From assembly GCA_002256025.1 (NCBI GenBank), contig NKIB01013830.1:1-50659 (forward strand): a stretch of DNA of 50,659 nucleotides, written 5' to 3'. Of this stretch, positions 45,422-50,659 are shown piece by piece (the stretch's first letter is position 1; the number at the start of each line of letters is the position of its first letter). The DNA is from Asterionella formosa (lineage: Eukaryota). The position numbers were made by a program, and so were the translations under genes. A model generated the notes under the pieces. The model searched no databases. It saw nothing but the letters and a program-made list of their open reading frames with translations, and was not told where the DNA came from.

Positions 45422-45646
45422 GTGTAACCTGAGTCCAGTGATGCTCCTATTCGTTTCAGAATTCTACTGTTTGGCAGCAGCACCATCATGCCATCATGCG
45501 TGGTACCTGGTACTGGTACCAGGTAACAGGAGTACCAATATGGACTACCCGGTACTGGTAGCTTGTTAGCTACCCCTGCTCTGCTCCATTCGAAAAGCTG
45601 AGATTTGGCCAACGAGAGGGGGCGGGGACGAGGCAGCATGGTATCA

Positions 45647-45736
45647 GCAAGTTGCGGTAATTGTTCTGAAAACTAAAACTTTAGCTTTCTTTATGCTATA
45701 TTCAATTGTTATTTAAGCCAAATGACCGCAATTTGC
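45647..45736. repeat. Family B inverted-repeat element, copy 2
   Basis: Terminal inverted repeats GCAAGTTGCGGTAATT / AAATGACCGCAATTTGC around an AT-rich core similar to 30503-30587. Confidence 0.7.
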
Positions 45737-46566
45737 AGTTACCCTGACATGTAGAACAAGGATCACTCATGGTGACACCAGCGCCAAGGTTCATACCGGT
45801 TTCTGAGTTTCTGAGTATCACAGTGGTATATCGTTCACGGGAATCGCCTATATAAAGGCAGGTGCCCTTAAATAAACTCTATTTGGAGCATGGGAATCTT
45901 CACCGAATCTTCTTGCATACTATCAGAAAGCAACCACAACACACCGTGGTCAGCCGATGTATTGCCTGCGGCCCCGTCATCAATCCCAATACATCTGGTG
46001 GCTCATACAAGACTCGTTCGAATTCCTACGCGTCATCCGCTTTGCAATTTCATTAAAGCAAGAACACGTGCATAAGTATGACAGTAATAAATACATGTGG
46101 ATTTCTGGCATCGCCTTTAAATATTCTTGCCGTCTGTACATCCGTGTACTATGCTGGAATGAGGTCGAGCGAGGTGGTCAAGCAATTTTAGTCGCAAAAC
46201 ATGGGAATGCACCGAAATCAAATATCTCTATGTATGCCAAGGTCGACCACTCACCACAAGTTAATTTCGCGAACAACGTCAAACATTTTGAATCGTATGC
46301 CAGTATCTCATGGTACATATGTACGAGAGGATGAGAAATCGAATGAAGTGTTCGTTCCACGTATGAACGACTGCTTATGTAGCTATGATAAATGTACAAC
46401 GGCATACGGGTGCCAGGTATCATGTACTGAAATGTACTTGTGTCTTGTATAACGAAAAGAATAGTTGACCAGAAATCTGGAAGCAGAGCTAACGTCACCT
46501 TCTTTCATTTTCTTGCCGACAAGTTGCAACTAACTCTTAACAGACCTCGTTGTTTTCACCTGAACC

Positions 46567-48173
46567 ATGTCGTCTATCAACCTTATGCACTCGGCCACCG
46601 ATCCTGTCAAGGAGGCTTCCACCCCAGAGACTCTTTCACTTGCAGGAGAAGAATCCACCTTTACCAAGGACTACAGCACCAGCTGCAACTCAAGCAAGGA
46701 TGGAAGCGGAAGCGGAAATACTGACAATGAACCCGTTGCTGGATGCATTCCTTGCTCCGTAGAAGTGCAACTTGATGAAGCTGCGAGCGAGACTAACAAT
46801 CTTGCCACCATTGTGAGTTCATCGATGCGTCGAGTTGAGCCATCCATGGCTATCGGAAAACGAAAGAGTTCAGATTTAGACCTCGTCGCTCGGAGCTTTA
46901 CGTGACTCAGTCCTGTCTGCAATGATCGCATTGCGGTTTCGATTTCCTAACACTGCATTGCTTGTCTTTCATTCAACAGGTTGGTGAATTCAAGGAGTGG
47001 TGCGGGACCAAATTCTTTTCCGATCTCGTCGCTGAAGGTTTGGAGTATTTAAACCATCCATCAGAGGATGTGGTCATGATCTATGAATGTCCTTCCTCGA
47101 ATACCGACAAAACCTCCTTCCAAAACGTTGACAACTACTTTATTCATGATTATCCTCCTACTCCTGTCACACACTCCATGCTTCTGCTCCCGCTACGATA
47201 CTCTGTCATGAACGGGGACGCAACATCGGTCTTTTTTGCCGGCCAAGTTCCCAACGCGCTTGTTGCCCACTGGCACGCGAGCATTCCGGGTTTTAAGGAG
47301 CCTCATTTCATCCCTGCCATCCCCACCAATGCCAAGGTGCATGCTTACCTCCCAATGGAGGGTTTCGAAAACAACGTGCACGATCCTGACGTACACTATA
47401 GACTGGCTGGAAAGGATGTCATTAACGAAATGACTGACAAGACAACCAAATTGCTGCCAAATACCAAGACAGTGCGACCTTGCATTGCCAAGGTGACCCA
47501 TGCCAAGGGCTCTCTAGGCATCTTTGTCATTCGCAATGACGATGATGAAGCGGAATTTGCCGAATTTCTCGACATCTCTGGAAACCCTGACTACGTTGTG
47601 ACGGAATTGGTTAATATTCACCAAAACCTGTCTTGCCACTTCTTCATGCATCCCAATGGCGACGTCATTTGGTTTGGGTCATCGGAGAACTTGCAGCTCG
47701 CAGATGGTACGTGGTCGGATGACTCGACAATTGAGCTGAAGAAGCAAGAACTATACCGTGAAATGATGACCCCTTATGTTCGCGATGTGGTTCAATATTG
47801 CCTTTTGAACGGACATTGGGGTTTTGCTGGCATTGATGTCCTCTTTGACTTTGATGGCGCTGGTTATACAGTGGATGTTAACCCTCGCGTCACTGGTACT
47901 ATGCCAGCGTTGATGGCGGCCCAGCTTCTCAATCGAAGCGACCTGGAGATTGGAAAGTTTCGAAAATCCTCCAAGTACACTTACTTCGGCGGATGCGACG
48001 AGCTCATGGCAAAAGTGGAAGCCTACAATGCCAAGCACTCTGAGGAATCGATGATTATTGTCTTATCTGCATTTGAGTCGGAACCTACCAAGACTTTTTG
48101 CAACATGGCGGTCTTCGGAAAATCTCATGACGGATGTGAGTCTGTTATTGAATCGTTTTTGCAAACACGATGA
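46567..48173 (+). CDS. ATP-grasp fold ligase of unknown substrate, ~479 aa; exons 46567-46812, 46980-48173
   Basis: A GTGAGT...CTAAC...ACAG 167-bp phase-0 intron joins a low-complexity N-terminal exon to the large ORF. ATP-grasp motifs PCIAKVTHAKGSLGIFVI, YVVTELV and GFAGIDVLFD...TVDVNPRVTGT. Confidence 0.8.
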
Positions 48174-49550
48174 TTGCAATCACATCACAAATGTAAGTAG
48201 AAAAGAAATTGATTGTCAAAAATACAATATCGTACTTTTATGTTACAAAAATGAACTTTTTGTTGTTGCTTCCGAGCTGTTGCCTGTTTTAAGGCCTGTT
48301 TTGATCTGCTAGGTCCTTGACAGAGTTGTTATGCAACAAATATAATTATATGAGTATACACAATGGACTATGTTGTACTTGCCTATAGTTTTCACTGTAG
48401 TTTTGTTTGGAACAATAGAATAAGAAGGAGTTGTATTCACTTCTGTTTCGCGGAGACGGTCGTCTAACTAAATTTCATTAGGACACCGGTGTATTCACGC
48501 CAGTTACTACTTCACATGATTAAATGACACTTACATCTGAAAATAAGGTAACAGTACTTTTAATGTGTTTCGTGTGACATTTAAATGGTAAACATTGAAC
48601 TCAAGACTGAAATCGTTAGTGTTTCAAAAAATCAAACTTTCAAACGTCAACTAACAGTCTACTTTAAAGGATAAGTCACTTGCAACACCCACCTTCATTT
48701 ACAAAATGAATCAATTCACAAAAACAACATTCAACAAGTGAATATTATATGTTTCAAGCATGGGGCATCCTCCCATCAACCTTTAGAGCATCCCCCTGCC
48801 AGCTTTCCAGCTGCCTTATTACTGACAAATCCTGTGACAAACTGACCTGTTTCATCAATTCACATTTTTCTTTGCAACTGAAGGTGGAATGATGCAACAT
48901 TGAGTTACACAAGGGATACTTTTAAGGTAAGGTTAACTTTTGTTCTTGTCTTGTGAGCGAAAGTGAGTGATAACTTACACTGCTGATCTGCCATTGCTTG
49001 TTCTCATCATTTATTCATACTGATCTGTTATTGCTATACATTTATTTGACATGTCAACTAACTCTTTGAGAACAGGTGCATTCTTACAGGAGTGAGTTGA
49101 TGTGTTGCCTGGCTGCTGATACTGTGTTGCTGCCAAATCAATGGCTCTGTAAAACAGTTGAATGGTACATGTGTGTGTGATGCTTTGCTGCTGCTGCAGC
49201 TTGTTATATCAAACAAACTATTGACACATTGTTGCTATGAAAAACTTCACAGGTCAATGACGAAGCCACTTTGAGGAATAAGAAGCCAGTGTGGTGCATT
49301 CCTTTTGCATGTTCCCCAATGGCTGTTCAAGAGTGAAGGCTCTCTTCTAAAAGAATGGCCTTTATTGTATGCATGTCAAGGGTTGTTACTTGTTTTGTGA
49401 GAAATAGTTGAATTATTCAACTACATTATTTGATAGAATTCTGTAAATTAATTGAACAAAGCAAAGATCTAAAATGTAGGTGATTTTCAATCAAATGACA
49501 TTGCATGTATCAAGTCTTATGATCGTAAATTTTTTGACAAACTTCACGAT

Positions 49551-49835
49551 TTGCACCCAGAAATCGAGATTTCCCTTGAGCAGTTTATGGTACCAATCGG
49601 GGCTACAGAAATGTTGAAAGCCGTGGAACATGGCCTAGCAAACTCTGCAGCATGCTTTTGTTGCCAAATGACTCTCAAATGTGTTCCTGATGCTGAGCTG
49701 GTGATTAGCCCAGACTATCCTGTGATTAGTTCTTTACCTAATATTCAAGTTCAGGATGACGATCGAACGAGATGTGAATTTTCTAGATTGAAAATTGGAG
49801 GTGTTGGGCGTGGTCTTAAGGTCAAATTATGCTGA
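49551..49835 (+). pseudogene. Relic of a Cys-rich diatom protein domain (EI..[P]G...CxCC...C..DA..V.CP.C...GGVG.G type)
   Basis: EIEIS...IGATEM...CFCCQMTLKCVPDAELVISPDY...GGVGRGL matches a domain I recall from uncharacterised diatom proteins. The expected second CxxC reads SPDY and there is no clear start or upstream exon. Confidence 0.4.
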
Positions 49836-50467
49836 CTGGGAATTGAGTTTCAGCTTTGTTCATGTTGTGGCACTGTGGGGCAGCCAACTTTACGACAGTC
49901 CATTTCTACTAATTTTTTGTGTTGTTGAAGACTACCAGGTACTGGTAACATCCTATGACGCCGTGTAAATATAATATACATTATTCAATAGCATGTACGC
50001 TCTATAGCTACTAGCTATCTCGCCAGCAAGACTCTACTCTAGACTCCACAGTAGACTGTAACTTCCCAGCCAAATACTGCAAATTCATGCATGTTATTCT
50101 TGCTGCAAGCCAAACTTAGTGACAGCTCTATAAAGGCAATGGAATCCTATTCATAACCTAAGAAGTAACTTGAACTTGGCATCTATCAATTTGTTCAATT
50201 ACCAGTCGTTCATCACTCATCTTTCTACTCCATATTGTGACTACGTGAACAGTGCTGGTTTTTTTTCGTTTTAAAATTGATCAAAAAGCGCGTCCCTCTC
50301 AAAACGTCGTTTTTCCTACCGAAACAATAGATTTTGATAAAGTAGTAAGACAACGACACAGCTAAATCGCCCATTAATTAACCTTGCTACGCCACGCACG
50401 ATCCTGGACAGGTAGGGCAGTCATCAATACAAATAGAAAGGAGAAAAAAGTTACACCGTAAAACCAT

Positions 50468-50659
50468 TTACGATTGCTGCAAAAAGGCGAAGGAAAGAGT
50501 TCATGAGGACAGTGTTAACACTTAATTTTTGTAAAGGCTATGAGCAGACTTACCATCATTGCCTTAAATTCCTCGAAACTGATCTCTCCATCGCCATTCG
50601 TATCAACTTCGTCCATCATGGCATCAAGTTCTGCCTCGGTAAGAGCTTGTCCAAGCTTC
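50468..50659 (-). CDS. 3' end of a calmodulin-like EF-hand protein (partial); exons >50659-50554, 50476-50468
   Basis: KLGQALTEAELDAMMDEVDTNGDGEISFEEFKAMM is a canonical EF-hand. A GTAAGT...TTGCAG 77-bp intron leads to CAA TCG TAA (QS*). Confidence 0.85.

Noticed and set aside
27019..48173. Biosynthetic gene cluster (HMGS-KS, 2OG dioxygenase, ATP-grasp ligase)
   Set aside because: The genes are ~8 kb apart and interleaved with housekeeping genes (IWR1, RRP45, XPF). No ACP or transporter is present and nothing in the sequence links them.
1..50659. tRNA, rRNA or snoRNA genes
   Set aside because: No cloverleaf, rRNA or box C/D pattern recognised by eye. tRNAscan-SE/Infernal would be needed to exclude them.

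Overview
Eukaryotic nuclear DNA, most likely a diatom. This is inferred from short GT-AG introns of about 70-170 bp, bipartite ASAF-type plastid presequences and a CoDi-like Copia gag. Bases 1-~18.9 kb are an AT-rich transposon graveyard: a MITE, a truncated Copia element with a short LTR, a decayed two-gene PIF/Harbinger element and tandem and dispersed repeats, with a small gene island at 5.6-7.7 kb. Bases ~19.5-48.2 kb are gene-dense: RPS2, VPS4, CD2BP2/Snu40, an App1-like HAD phosphatase, Mpv17/PMP22, an HMG-CoA synthase gene, a thylakoid-lumen protein, Iwr1/SLC7A6OS, a 2OG-Fe(II) dioxygenase, RRP45, XPF and an ATP-grasp ligase, interrupted by a second repeat patch at 32.9-36.3 kb. The 3' end of a calmodulin-like gene closes the window. 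The most striking item is a ~1019-aa protein in which a complete HMG-CoA synthase is fused in frame to a beta-ketoacyl synthase domain with an intact Cys-His-His triad. Also notable are a Copia element whose primer-binding position is complementary to its own LTR (Tf1-like self-priming geometry), two families of 70-90 bp inverted-repeat elements in intergenic, mostly promoter-side DNA, and a GGTACC-rich motif concentrated upstream of genes. All family assignments come from motif recognition by eye; no database search was run.
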